Shown piece after piece: positions 50,001 to 61,500 of a stretch of DNA of 64,000 nucleotides. The notes under the pieces were generated by a model, which did not search any database, was not told the origin of the DNA, and saw only the letters and a list, made by a program, of their open reading frames with translations. The stretch comes from Catajapyx aquilonaris (lineage: Eukaryota). The DNA lies in the NCBI GenBank assembly GCA_000934665.2, contig JYFJ02000876.1:1-64000 (forward strand), given 5' to 3'. Every line of letters begins with the position of its first letter. Positions within the stretch are counted from its first letter, which is position 1. A program made the position numbers and the translations under genes.

Positions 50001-51877
50001 CCTTTACAATCAATTCGGTCATACCGGATTGTTCTCTTTTTTTTTTTACCCCAACCCCAACCCTGTCATTCACCAGACATTACGTAGACTACTTTTTTTT
50101 TATATAACTCCAGGTGAAACCTGCAAAAATAATTGAATTCATATAGGCTTCAGAATAAATTCATAACAATTACATTACAAGGTCATACGGTCGCCACGTA
50201 ATTATTTCCGGTTCTGTCTGGAGCCCTGTGATCTTCCTCTAGACCTTGAGACACACTCTTTTCAGGTGCATTCCTATAGTGTCATATTACGTCTTTTTCC
50301 TGGATGCACATCCGGTCCAACCACGCCTCTTCCTCCAAGGGTACCATCTCCCGAGAAATGACGGTCCTTTTCACTCATATATCCGCTTCCGTTCCATTAT
50401 GTCCTCTGACACACAACCCGTTACCATTACAGCAAAAGATGAAGACGAAGAACCGGACCCTCCTTTTTTGTCATATGACATTTCAGGAGATCTGATATCC
50501 GATATGTTCACAGTTGGTACACCGGTACATGGTTCGGTTAATCCAACTTTATTGTTTGTCCATTGGTTCTAAAAGTAAGAACTATTTTATGTACTGTTCG
50601 GTTCTTTTTTTTCCATCATCTGTTGCATCCAATCCCAAGCAAAAAGAGGAACAGTTGGCGAGGCGACAACACAACAGAAGGTAAAAGCCTTGGCTCTTCA
50701 GACCCCCCCCCCCCCGAAACCCTCCACTTAGGCCACTTTGGGGGCATCTGGCAGCTAGGCCATGGCCCAGACAGCAGGTCATGAGATGAAATTTTTACCC
50801 CAACTGGGGGTCATCCACTTTCACGGCAATATGCGCCGTTTTTTCTTCTTCTTATTCTTCATTGTTACATATACATTAATTGCTAAAAAGTATGAAGCCA
50901 TTTTATATCGGGCGAATTAATTACCCATCTTTTTTTTTTTGACTTCCATCTCTCCCATAGTCAGAACAAGAAAATCTGGTCAGAATGGGGAACCAGTTGC
51001 TGGAGAAGGATTGGAAGATTAAACCAGTTTGATATCCATTAGGCTTCCGACTATAGGCACTACAACGTTAGCAATGTAATACAAGGTTTCATAGCATTCG
51101 TAACAAAAGCTGGAAGGAAATTGCCTACGGAGTTTCCTGAAAACAAACAGAAGCCAGATGTCAGCTGCCCCATTGGACTCACCGAATTTGATCGTTTCCA
51201 TCCCTTTCTGCGGTCCTCCTGCGCTGTGTTGTTCATTGCTCACACGTTCATTCTATAAGAAATTATTAACAAGTATTAATTAAGTAAGAAACGATTAATA
51301 AAATTGGCAACACCGCCTGCAGCTAAGCCATTTTCTACTGAAATTGTGCAAGTATAATTTTGGCAACGCTGCTTGGCCCACTACTGCCACTCTCAGGACG
51401 AATACTACATGCACGTTGGTGATGAGTCACCGCGCGGACAAAAGGGCGCTCTCGTTCAACAGTTAGCGGACACGAACTATGCACGTTGGTGATTGAGTCA
51501 ATACGTTCAATAGAATAGAGAGATTAATTGAGGTCTTTCCCAGCTAATTACCTCGCGAATACTAGCCCAAAACGACCGTTTCATATCTTGGCTCTCAAAT
51601 GGCGCATCTGCCTCATGGACAAATGCGATAAACCAGTACCCAACATCTGCCTTTTGCCAAACTAGGTCATACCACCTCGGAGGGTACCTCCACGTGACCA
51701 ACTCACCTAAGCAGGAGCCGGACAGGTGTCACTCTAGGTTTTCCCGATCGTTTTTGAACCACCACCGAACGACTCTAACGGTCTGCACGTACTGGGGGCT
51801 GCTGCTGCTGCTGTGTGTGTGTGTCTCTCTCTCTCCCCCAACCAAAACTCCCTCACCTCCTGGTTTGCAAGGACCAT
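28878..51877 (-). CDS. Divergent bHLH-Orange protein, gene B (exons 51877-51857, 48885-48757, 41166-41076, 29667-29510, 29078-28878; ~199 aa)
   Basis: All introns are GT-AG and phases are consistent (0,0,1,0). Product: MVLANQE|DQALDRIIDEKRRKEQERVTRSMDELRAYRLTFDPSQQQPQQQ|EADSRSILQATLDRISDLQRRLHQTGSDSE|ETSASEQEEGQEETNSDDSVVLAGYDYCFQEAVKYLVEEEGLTTSDPVLHDLQ|EHLTHQRHQLDCPRVF...REDDSVQSSH*. The Orange region aligns with gene A. The first exon is the least certain. Confidence 0.8.
29151..29460. mobile_element. GC-rich MITE-like inverted-repeat element in last intron of gene B
   Basis: 28-bp TIRs attcacgagtcctggcctgttaggctcc / ggagcctaacaggccaggactcgtgaat, plus an inner inverted pair caggcctggaa / ttccaggcctg; no clear TSD. 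Confidence 0.75.
29510..29667 (-). CDS. Gene B exon: acidic linker + Orange domain
   Basis: ttgttacag acceptor, CAG|gtacaa donor; VVLAGYDYCFQEAVKYLVEEEGLTTSDPVLHDLQ closely parallels the gene A Orange domain. Confidence 0.88.
34705..35130. repeat. AT-rich low-complexity tract and ~38-bp minisatellite (AATAATAAATTACGCATTATGACTAAAAATACATA)
   Basis: Repeated tgaattat motifs grade into about four near-identical ~38-bp units at 34970-35115. Confidence 0.85.
37100..37428. mobile_element. Fold-back MITE with long imperfect TIRs (~140 bp)
   Basis: tatactacataagaggcgc...ccgccatctttgat is mirrored by atcaaagatggcgg...gcgccgcttatatagtata; ~43-bp spacer; TA at both ends. Confidence 0.85.
39971..40510 (+). 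mobile_element. DINE-1/Helentron-associated (HINE)-like element with internal 71-bp tandem array and terminal hairpin
   Basis: ttatac start, (GTCC)n microsatellite near 40008-40021, 71-bp units at 40117/40188/40259/40351, and a 33-bp-stem palindrome at 40431-40498 followed by ctctatattt. Repeats are certain; the family call is inferred. Confidence 0.6.
41076..41166 (-). CDS. Gene B exon: helix 2 (EADSRSILQATLDRISDLQRRLHQTGSDSE)
   Basis: ttctacag acceptor, GAAG|gtaatg donor; 91 nt, phase 0 to phase 1, exactly bridging the flanking exons; IL..T...I..LQ pattern of bHLH helix 2. Confidence 0.8.
45699..45828 (+). repeat. Dispersed repeat, copy 2 (copy 1 near 15935-16075)
   Basis: High identity to the 15.9-kb copy over ~130 bp. 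Confidence 0.85.
48757..48885 (-). CDS. Gene B exon: degenerate basic region + helix 1 + Gln-rich loop
   Basis: Long pyrimidine tract with gacag acceptor, CAG|gtgagt donor; 129 nt, phase 0-0; IIDEKRRKEQERVTRSMDELR resembles Hey IIEKRRRDRINNSLSELR. Confidence 0.82.
51857..51877 (-). CDS. Gene B putative first coding exon (MVLANQE)
   Basis: ATG with an in-frame upstream stop; GAG|gtgagg phase-0 donor. A competing donor (CAG|gtgagg) exists at 51912/51911. Confidence 0.45.
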
Positions 51878-54800
51878 CCACACAGCATTGCAGCTGCTCC
51901 TCCAACCTCACCTGAAGCTCAAGGAACCAACCGCAGCTCTCTCTCCTTCTGACGAGGTCGGAATTGCTAACAATGCAAAAGACTTGCAGTGCGCAAGTTT
52001 TTGGAGGACACACGGTGGCCGCCACTTATTGCACCTGTACAGGATTTTTTTCCGGGGAAAAAAAGTTGTGTATCCGGGACACAGACTGGCAGATGTTGGA
52101 GCGTGCCAGACGCGTGGGTCCCTTTCCCCCACTAGCTATTGTATAGGGAAATAAAAGGCACATATAGGGGCTACCAACCCCCAGCTCTAAATTATGCCCA
52201 ATGCCCATTTTTGGCTATCAAACTGTGGTGATGTACAGTATTGCCCACTGATACATTGGGGTGCGTTTAAGATATTGGCGGGGTGTTAAATCACTGGGTT
52301 GTCTGGGTGATGCGGCGTTTAATTCGCACATTAGTGTCACGACATGGAATGGGTGAGCTGATGCATTGAGGAGGTCACTATCGGTGTCTGAAGTGGGGTC
52401 ATTCTAATGAATCACTTTCAAACCGGTAGATATCAGCTGGGTGTGTTCCCCATGTTGACTATAGTTAATTTTGGTCATTTAGGTTTCATTGCAGAGATAA
52501 AGTTGGGCCATTTCTTATGCTATCTAAGACTAAGACAGGGAATATCCGGCGGGTCAGCCGACCCACGCAACAAAGGTCGTCGGGAGTGGAATAACCCGCT
52601 GCAAAACCAAAACCAATAAACAATGAAATGAACAGTAATAAATATAGAGGAAGTACGAACTATCCCAAGTAAGCAAAAAAAATAGTCATATCATACCTTT
52701 GATTGAATATTATTCCAGAGTAATTAATTAGCAATATCTACACCCGTCTCTCTATTAGCATAAAGTGACGATAACGCCGCGAAAACTTAGTTGCAAACAT
52801 GAGTGCCACTCAACAGGGAAAAACACTCTTGTGATACGAATCATGAATATTCATTTATGTCCGTACATGTATAGTGATGGAGGTCATAATCATCGAGTGT
52901 TTGGATCCGAAAGGGGCAAAATCAGGTTGGAGTGTCCCGAAGCCACAAACTATAAAGTTGTATCCCCCCCCCCCTTCTCTTCTTGGTTATATAATTAATA
53001 GGTCTCTTCCAAATTGTAGCATCTCCAGAGACAAACCCCAAAATGTATGTAGGGTCCGAGGTTGGACTCTGCCCCGGGGCCCCCAGACTCTCTTATTTAG
53101 CCACCGTTTAGAAGCCTGATGACGTCGATTAGTCAGTAGATAATGGGGGGAAGCTGAAGAAAAAAAAAACCAGGTCGTTGGAAAAGAAGAAGAAGAAAAA
53201 ATGTGCCCCATTTTTCAATTTATTTCGAGTGCAAATTAGCCATTTACCCAAATGATTCGGGACAAGTTATGGCCGATTATCGTAACTAATGAAGTCACAA
53301 ATTTGTAGGGAAGATATGCTTAGAAGAATATGATCGGAATGTGTTTAAGTTCGTCCAATTCCAAGGTTCCATGTTTGGAAATAAAAAAAGCTTTAGCATA
53401 GAAATCAGTGTTTTGTTGGTCGACACAACATTTGTGACTATAAACCTATACACTGCATACCTTTGCTTCTTAAATTATCTCATTAAACAACTGGTCTTGG
53501 GGATGGATCAGTTCCAATAATATAATGAGAGGTAATGATGTTGTGCTGCTGACATATGACCAAATAAAAAAAAGAAGGGGTGGTACTGGACATGACTTGT
53601 TTGTTAATGGATAAGATTTTTTTCCCCCATAGTACAGTACTTCCTAAGTTGTCTATGCATCATCATAAATCATCAGCATATTTATTTATTTATTTACATT
53701 TTATGTAAATAATTTCTGGGACCACACGAAATTTTTGGTACATTTTCGTCAATTTTTGAGCATTTCACTTACAAGTAGAAAAACTTGCGTGTGATTTTTC
53801 GCCAGGCAAAAAAAAGACGACTTGCGTGTTTTAAACATAGTTTTTAAAAAAAGCGAATCTGCCATCAAAATAAAGAGGATTGCGTGTTTTTCCTCAAAGT
53901 ATCTTTTTTTTTAAATTTCAAAGTATAAAAAACCGCACGTGCATTTATTGCTCTACAAAAAAAGGTGTGAATGCCTCATTAGAGAAAAGGAGTCTGAATA
54001 ATTTACCTCAGATGTCTGGCAGATAAAGTGGTCACCAAGGACAAATTGTGATTAATTTTACCAATGGTTTACTAGTGGTGGGTTGCACCATTGCCAGACA
54101 ACATTTTCTGGCTGGTAAAAAAGAGTCAGAAAATCTACTACACATGTTTGCGATTTCAATTGCAGTAAAATCAATACAGGTTTACTAACGAGGAAAATAA
54201 ATGGTCGATATTGATTTGATTGGTTTTTTTTTTTGCATGCTGAATTTTACTGCCGTATTGACCTTCTCGAGCCTGAATTTTCACCATGCCAAATACCCAA
54301 CAGTATGCTGATAACACCTCGAGTATTTAGATCCCGAAATATTGTAATTAAGGCGATACTTATCGCAGTTGGCAACACATTTGCGCAAATAAATATTTGG
54401 CACGTGACTATTAACCGCCGTTTGGGTTGAAGAAATGGAGCAAAAAAAATTTGGGATGTAGATGGCTGACATGATAATTGGCTCTTAATTAAATATTTGA
54501 TAGCTTGCATGTGGAAGTTACACTGTCCAGGTTGCGATGCTGCATTCGGGGGGGGGACGTGGTCTTGTTCTGCTGTCATGTTGACCTCGTCACATGTGGA
54601 TCAGAAACGATGCAGAGTGAAACTTTGCATGTGAGGTCTGTTAACATTCCTGGAGAGAAAACAATTATTGGGCCAGGTGTTTACGACTAGAGTGAATTCG
54701 CTGAACTACTTGAAGTCGCCCTATATTTTTTCATATAAATTAGACCAGCTATTTCAGACATCCGAAAAGGTTCGTGTACAATAATCGAATTTTAATTTTT

Positions 54801-55289
54801 TTTCTCTAAAAAAAGTATGTGCGATTCATTTTGGAATAAGTAGCTGCGGCTATATTTGTAGCCGGACTTAACGAGATGTCAATTTACTTGCGAGATAATT
54901 CAAACCATCTTGAATCTGAAAATCATCATGAATGAAAAGGTCGCTTCCGCACCAGTGTATTTATTATCCACGCACGAAAGTTCCACTGGCTGACATCATC
55001 TCACTACTTTTTACTAGTCTACAGCACACTATTTGATAGGAATGTTGTAGCTCCACCTTGCCAATAAAATTACTCTTAATAAATTATGTTCACATATCAG
55101 ATCAAATAGGCTGGGCCATATTACGTCGTCAAAGCTATAGAATTCTGTCAATTACAATTTTTCTTATTCAAATTCTCGAGTGCTATGATTGAATACCACA
55201 ATTTGAACAAATTGTTGGTTGGACTCAGCACTCGTAGGTAATCAAACGTGATGGTTGTAACAAAGTTGTACTCAGTATCATTGGCTTAA

Positions 55290-55597
55290 TCACAACTGTG
55301 CAAGCTGCTCTTTTGTCAGCAATCCAAATTGATGGAGACAGTACGCTGCGGCATGAGCTTTGGCCAGCTTCTTGGTGGTGCTTGCCACTGAAGGCTTGAA
55401 GTCCGTTCCGTTGACAATCACCTGAAAAAATATACCAGCCGTTATTGAAGCTGCCGGGACCCTCCCAAGATGCAACCTTACCTTGAACAGGAATTGTTTC
55501 TTGTGATCTGGGCCATACTCAAAGACGCAGTCGAACTGGGGTGTTCCCCATCGTCTCTTGATGCAGAGTTCAGTGAGAGCCGACACAGGATGCTTGC
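55290..55597 (-). CDS. SON: SON dsRBM exons (55597-55482 and 55421-55290)
   Basis: GKHPVSALTELCIKRRWGTPQF...GPDHKKQFLFK|VIVNG...KKLAKAHAAAYCLHQFG; 60-nt GT-AG intron. Confidence 0.93.
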
Positions 55598-58500
55598 CTA
55601 AGAATTCAAATTACCCCAAATATATCACAACATGTACTTCACTTTAAGAATAAAGTGTGCTTTACTGGGTGGGGGATATTGCTAAGGGAATCCCTTGTTT
55701 GAATTAGAACCCACCTGAGAGATCTTTCATGATAGGAGCCACCGGCATTTTCTTCACCTGCTCTTCTTGTGACGTCAAGCCTTTTAAAAAATAGTTTTTT
55801 TTAAATAAATATATTCAGTTTGAAAGCAGCATTAACCTCACCTTTCTTGTCCATCTTGATATCGAGCTTCAGAGGCTCCAGCTGCCCTTCCTTGTTTTTC
55901 CCCAGTCCTTCTCCAGGCTTCCAGCCCATCTTCTGCAGCAGATACATTCCCATGCCGCCGGTGACAGGCGCCGCTTCCTTAAACTGATCCTGCCACACCC
56001 CCAAAACGAAAGGGCCAGTTAAAAGCCGCTCTTGGTTGACATTTCACGCTCACTTTCGCTACCCTTCACATGTATACACAGTTGTACACATCATTTAAAT
56101 ATTCATCCACATGTTACTTGTGAGATTCATCCCTCCCAAAAATACTGTTCATTTATGTTATACTCAAGCTCACACTATTTACTTCTACCCAACACTGGAT
56201 TATCTACTAGGTTAATAAATTATTTTTTTTGCCACTTTTTGCAACATTTCATCACATAAACATAATTGTTGAATTGTTACAATAGTCAAATGTATCCACC
56301 TGTGAGTACAATATAAAACTGACCTCTAATGGCATAACACTTGCAATGTACGTATTTCAGCACAGATTACCACTGAAAAATTGTGCACGGAGCATCAAAT
56401 CTGAGCCAATTTACATATTAATGACAGTTCGTTAATGTGCTCATAGATGTACAATTTCTCAGTGTACCTGAGTAAAACAATAGGTGACAACTTATGATGC
56501 TTCAGACAACTAACCTGACGAGTAACTTTCCTGACCACTACTTCAATGCACTGTACGCACAAAACAATACAAGCCACATAAAAAAGAAGAGTGCTACACA
56601 CCCACAACCCCAAAAATTTCAGTTCTCTTAAAATGTGGGGAGACCCATATCCTATGCATCACAAAATATAATCCCCCAACGGGTCTGCACATCGCATACT
56701 CTTGTCTCACCAGCAAAGTGATGCATAGGATGTGAAGTCTCTCCTACTTACCCATACCCCTGGGTTGGGGGAATCTCTTCGCTCATAAGCCAAAAGCCGG
56801 GCAGGCTCTCACACGCTGTTCTCATTTCACGGAAATATGCAAAAACTCTCCCTGCACTTGCGGGAATGCCTGTAACAAATTCTCAGGTTCTCAGCTCTGA
56901 CGGTGCAGCCAATGTTTCGTGGTTGGCTTCAAACAAAGCAATCATGAATAATAATTATTAAGAGCAGTGAAAGAGAAACGACAACTAATAAACATGAAGC
57001 TGCACTGTTAGAGCTGCTTGATAGAACCGACCTGACTTTTTTAGCATGCAAGACCCGAATTGATGCAATTAGTCAGATCTGTCCTATCAACAATGGGAAA
57101 CCATCACAATGGTCTCATTATCCGAGACAGAGAGCAGCCAAAAAAGGGGCTGGCTGCTCTCTATCTGGATGTAACCTGAAAATTTGTTACAAGTCAGATC
57201 ACACCCTCGATTAAAATTATCTGTTACAATCTACACTTGATGCCTGGAGCTTAAGTGAATCAGAGATAAATAAATTTTGGTAACTCAGCCCATTCATGTA
57301 CAACTCACAGATTTTTAAAAAACCAGATTTCAACTGAGTAGACAAATGCATTAAAAGTATAGCTACGACCCGATTCAAACTCTTTAAATGCAAGTTGATG
57401 TTAAATGAGAGCAAGAAATCGCACCCACCTTATGCTTGGGATATGACATGCATTGTTTTATCGAGGGAAAAGACTTGGCCTTAATTACAGTTTTGTCAAG
57501 CCGCATTTAAAGTGAGTGGTACATGCTTGAGCGTACTCATTGAAGAGTAAGGGTGGTATGTATTCAAATGTAAAGAGAAAACCAAATCAGAAGAGAAAAG
57601 AAACGACAAATGAACCACCGTCACCCTGTGTTGTACCTTTTTGGCCCAAGCCTGCGCCCCGGCAGACAGTTCCGCTGGTGAGAGAACCCTTGCCCCGGTG
57701 CTGCCCGTGAACTTGCCTGGTTCCTGCTTGGCAACTGCCCAGACTTGCATCTGTTAACAAAGCAAAACATTTTTAAGTAACATCTCAAGACAACGACACT
57801 AAGAGTTACCATAATAATAAAACATGCCTCTTTTTGTGCCTTGTACATCTCACTGATGGCCTGAGAATCATTTGGATTCTCCTGTAGTTTCCTCATTGCA
57901 TTCAGCCGCTGCGATATGATGGAGCCAATGTCCACGTTTTGCTGCTGCTGCAAATTTCATAAGCACTTTGTCAATTCCTTGCAAGCAAGAAAAAGTGCTT
58001 GTTAACTGGTTTGATATCCGAAAGTATTCTTACTTCTTGTTTGCCTCATGACCTGTGCCGTGTACTCACCTACTTACAAATAAAACTCCTCAGTTCAAGT
58101 CTACAGTCATGCCAAGACACCCAAAATATGATTAAAATAATTTGAAACCACTGATTACCAATGAGTAGAATGGTTTCAAATATTCAGCATGATTTGATCA
58201 TACTAATGTAAGTCGCGCTAAGTAATTTTTGTTTCATTTCCCGAGAAAAATTTCCATGCAAATCCATGGCACTGTCAAATTATGCCTTCATTCATCAAAT
58301 GCATGAGCAGAACTTATTGACGATTTGGTGCATCTGGCCTCAGTAAGTAATATAACGATGGAAGCAAAATAAATGAAAATTCATCAACCTCAACTACTAC
58401 AGTGCTCCCATCACTCACTTTTTTTTATTCACAAGCCGTACAGTTCAAAAGGCACTTACAACTTCCGGAAACACTGAAACTGCTTCTTTCACGACGGTCT

Positions 58501-61500
58501 CTTCCTTAGGAGCCTCTTCTGGCACTGGGGTTGCTGCGGCAGGGAGTGTGGCAACAGTAGTAACGGCAGCGGGTGAAGACGCTTCCTTAGGTGACACCGG
58601 CACCCACTCTATCGCTGCAACCGAGCATCTCGTTGTCATCAATCCTAGTCTACTTTCTGAGCCCCCCCTCTTGTCACAGAATCCTTACTGTTACCTTTAA
58701 CGCGATGTTGCTGACCACTGGACACTGGGAACTGGAGCCTGAGCTTGGCTTGCTCAGCTGTCCTTTCCTGAAGTGTCTTCACCGGTAGTTGCACAGAGTT
58801 CTGCAAGATGTGGTCAAAAGTTAAAACACACTGTTCATGGTACCGTTCGTATTTAAAAATTCATACCCTGACGTTGAGGACAATATTTGAAGGTCTTTCC
58901 TTGATCTGGAAGGGATGGTGAATGAAGGGAGCAGTGTCGTCGCCATCATTGCTGTCTGTGTCTTCCTCCTCGATGTTGTCTCTGTTTGCCAGCTGCTTGC
59001 AGAAGTCTGAAAGAAATTTGGCCGTGATTTAGTGGCCCACGCTAATGGCTTTCAAATTTAGTTGCGGTCGCTAAACACTTACTGGTGAGTTCCTCGACAC
59101 TTTTCCCTCCAGACTTAATCTGAACAATCTTCTCCCGGTCCACTCCGGAAGGAATAGTTCCCTGCTGGATGAGTTTCATAGCATTTTTTCTGGCTATTTC
59201 CAGCAGCTTCTGCTTGTCTATCTTCTCTCTCAGGTCGTGAATAGGAGACCTGTGAGGCGACCGGTGAGGGGACCTGTGGGGGGATCTCCGCCTGGATCGG
59301 CTGGTTGATCGCCTGGCAGAAAGAAGCAGATGCCTGCGGCTGAAACGATCCTGCTCCCCAGATCTGGACCTGGAGATTAGGTGGTCCCTTTCCCTGGATC
59401 GAGATCTGGACCTGCGATGGGCTCGGCGCGGAGGAGTGGGGCTATGGGAATGACTGAAAATAAAACAGTTTGGGAAGGGTAACATGAGAGTACTTTTAAA
59501 TTTAATGCCTGTAATTACCTCCTAATCCTTGGTCTTGGTGATGGTTCCCTTTTCTTGTCCGAAACACGTTTGATGCTTTTACTACCCTCTCGCTTCTTCC
59601 TTGCTTCGTCTTTCTTCTTAGACTCCTTCTCTTTTTTCTTCTTTTTATGACCCTTCTTGTCTTTTTTCTTCTTTTCCTTTGATGCCTTATCCTTTGGCGA
59701 TTCACTTCCTTTCTTCTCTTTATTTGCTAAAAAAAAAAATTCGCAGCAGTTAGGTAACCATTCACATTTTTAAAAACCCAGGAGTAACTTACTGTCGACT
59801 TCTGGCTTTGATTTGCCCGAACCACTATCATCTGATATCTCTCCTTCTTCACAACTCTGCTTCTTCTCCTGTTCTTCTGCGTCTTTAACAACATTCTCAG
59901 TAACTGCAGTTTGTTTTGAGCTTTTAACTGCGACCTTCCCTTTCAGTTTCTCATCTGTGGACAAGGGACAATTGGATGAAATTAAACCGACCTAACTCCT
60001 ACTGCATTTATTCATCAATGAAGAGCCTGATTCAAAAAGGATGATTTTTTTTTTTTTGATAAAAAAAAAAGGCTATTGTTTTTCCTCACCTTGCTCAGTA
60101 ATGACGTAGTCAAGGTATGCAAGTTCCCAGTTCCCTTCATCGAATATTCCATCGTTCCAGATGTCTACTTGGCCATCCATGTTAAGGCTCTCCCACTCCT
60201 TGTCTCTAGCCAAGTACTCTGGCTCATCACCATCGCTCAATTCCATGTCTTCAGACCCAGGTTCATCCTGGATCTCTAGCTCTTCTCCAGAGCAATCCAA
60301 TGTTGGTGTCCGATCAACTTCTGATCCTGGTAGGTCAAATCTTGTGGTTGAATCTGGCAGGTCATCTACATCATGATCCGAGTCCAACGTTGGAGTGGAA
60401 GTGGGGCTTGGTGGCTCCTCAGCTGTATCTTCAGCTGTGTCCTCAACAATATCCTTAGGTGTTTTTTCAATTGTATCATCAGCTGTATCTTCAGACATGT
60501 CTTCAGCTGTTCCTTCAGCCATATCTTTTGCTGTGTCTTCAGTCATATCATCAGCTGTTTCTTCAGCCGTATCATCAGCTGTACCTTCAGACATATCTTT
60601 ACCTATATCTTCAGTCATATCATCAGCTGTTTCTTCAGCCGTATCATCAGCTGTGCCCTCAGTCAAATCTTTACCTGTGTCTTCTGCCATATCATCAGTT
60701 GTTTCTTCAGCAGTATCCTCAGCTGTGTCTTGAGCCATATCTTTACCTGTGTCTTCTACCATATCATCAGTTGTTTCTTCAGCAGTATCCTCAGCTGTTC
60801 GTTCAGCCATGTCTTTGGCTATGTCTTCAGCTGTAGTGTCGTCAGTCATATCCTCAGTGGTTTCTTCAGCAATATCCTCAGATGTGTCTTCTTCAGTCAT
60901 ATCGTCAACTGTATCTTCAGCAGTATCATCAGCAGTGTCCTCAACTGTCTCCTCGGCTGTGTCACTAAGAACTTCTGACTTAGTTTTGATTAGTTGTGTG
61001 GTCAGTGGCATAACTTCCGACTCTTTGACATCTGCTATTTGATTAGACTGACTGACATTGTCATTTAGTACAGGCTCTGTGACTGCAACTTTGTTAACAC
61101 AGCTAGGCATACCATGATCACTAGTACTATCTGGACAGACCTTCAGAGACTTGCTTCGACTGCGACTAGAGCCTGAACTGTAGCCACGCCGGTTATCATG
61201 GCGGTAGCGCCTCCTATATCTGTCGTCACCTGAACTGCTCCAGCTCTGCCTTCGTTTTCGGTCCTTACTCCAGCTGCGGCTATCTCTCTGCCTGGTGTGG
61301 TAGCCTCTACTCCTGCTGTAGTTCTCATTATAGCTTCGTCTCTGGCTTCTACCCCATCTGTAGCCATGGCGATATCTATCTCTGCTCAAGCTTCGGCTAC
61401 GGCTGTGTCTTCTTTTGCGATCTCTACTCCAGCTGCGACTGTGACGGCGTTTTCGCTTGTAGTCTCTGCTCTTGTCATTCCTCGATCGATATCTTCTTTC

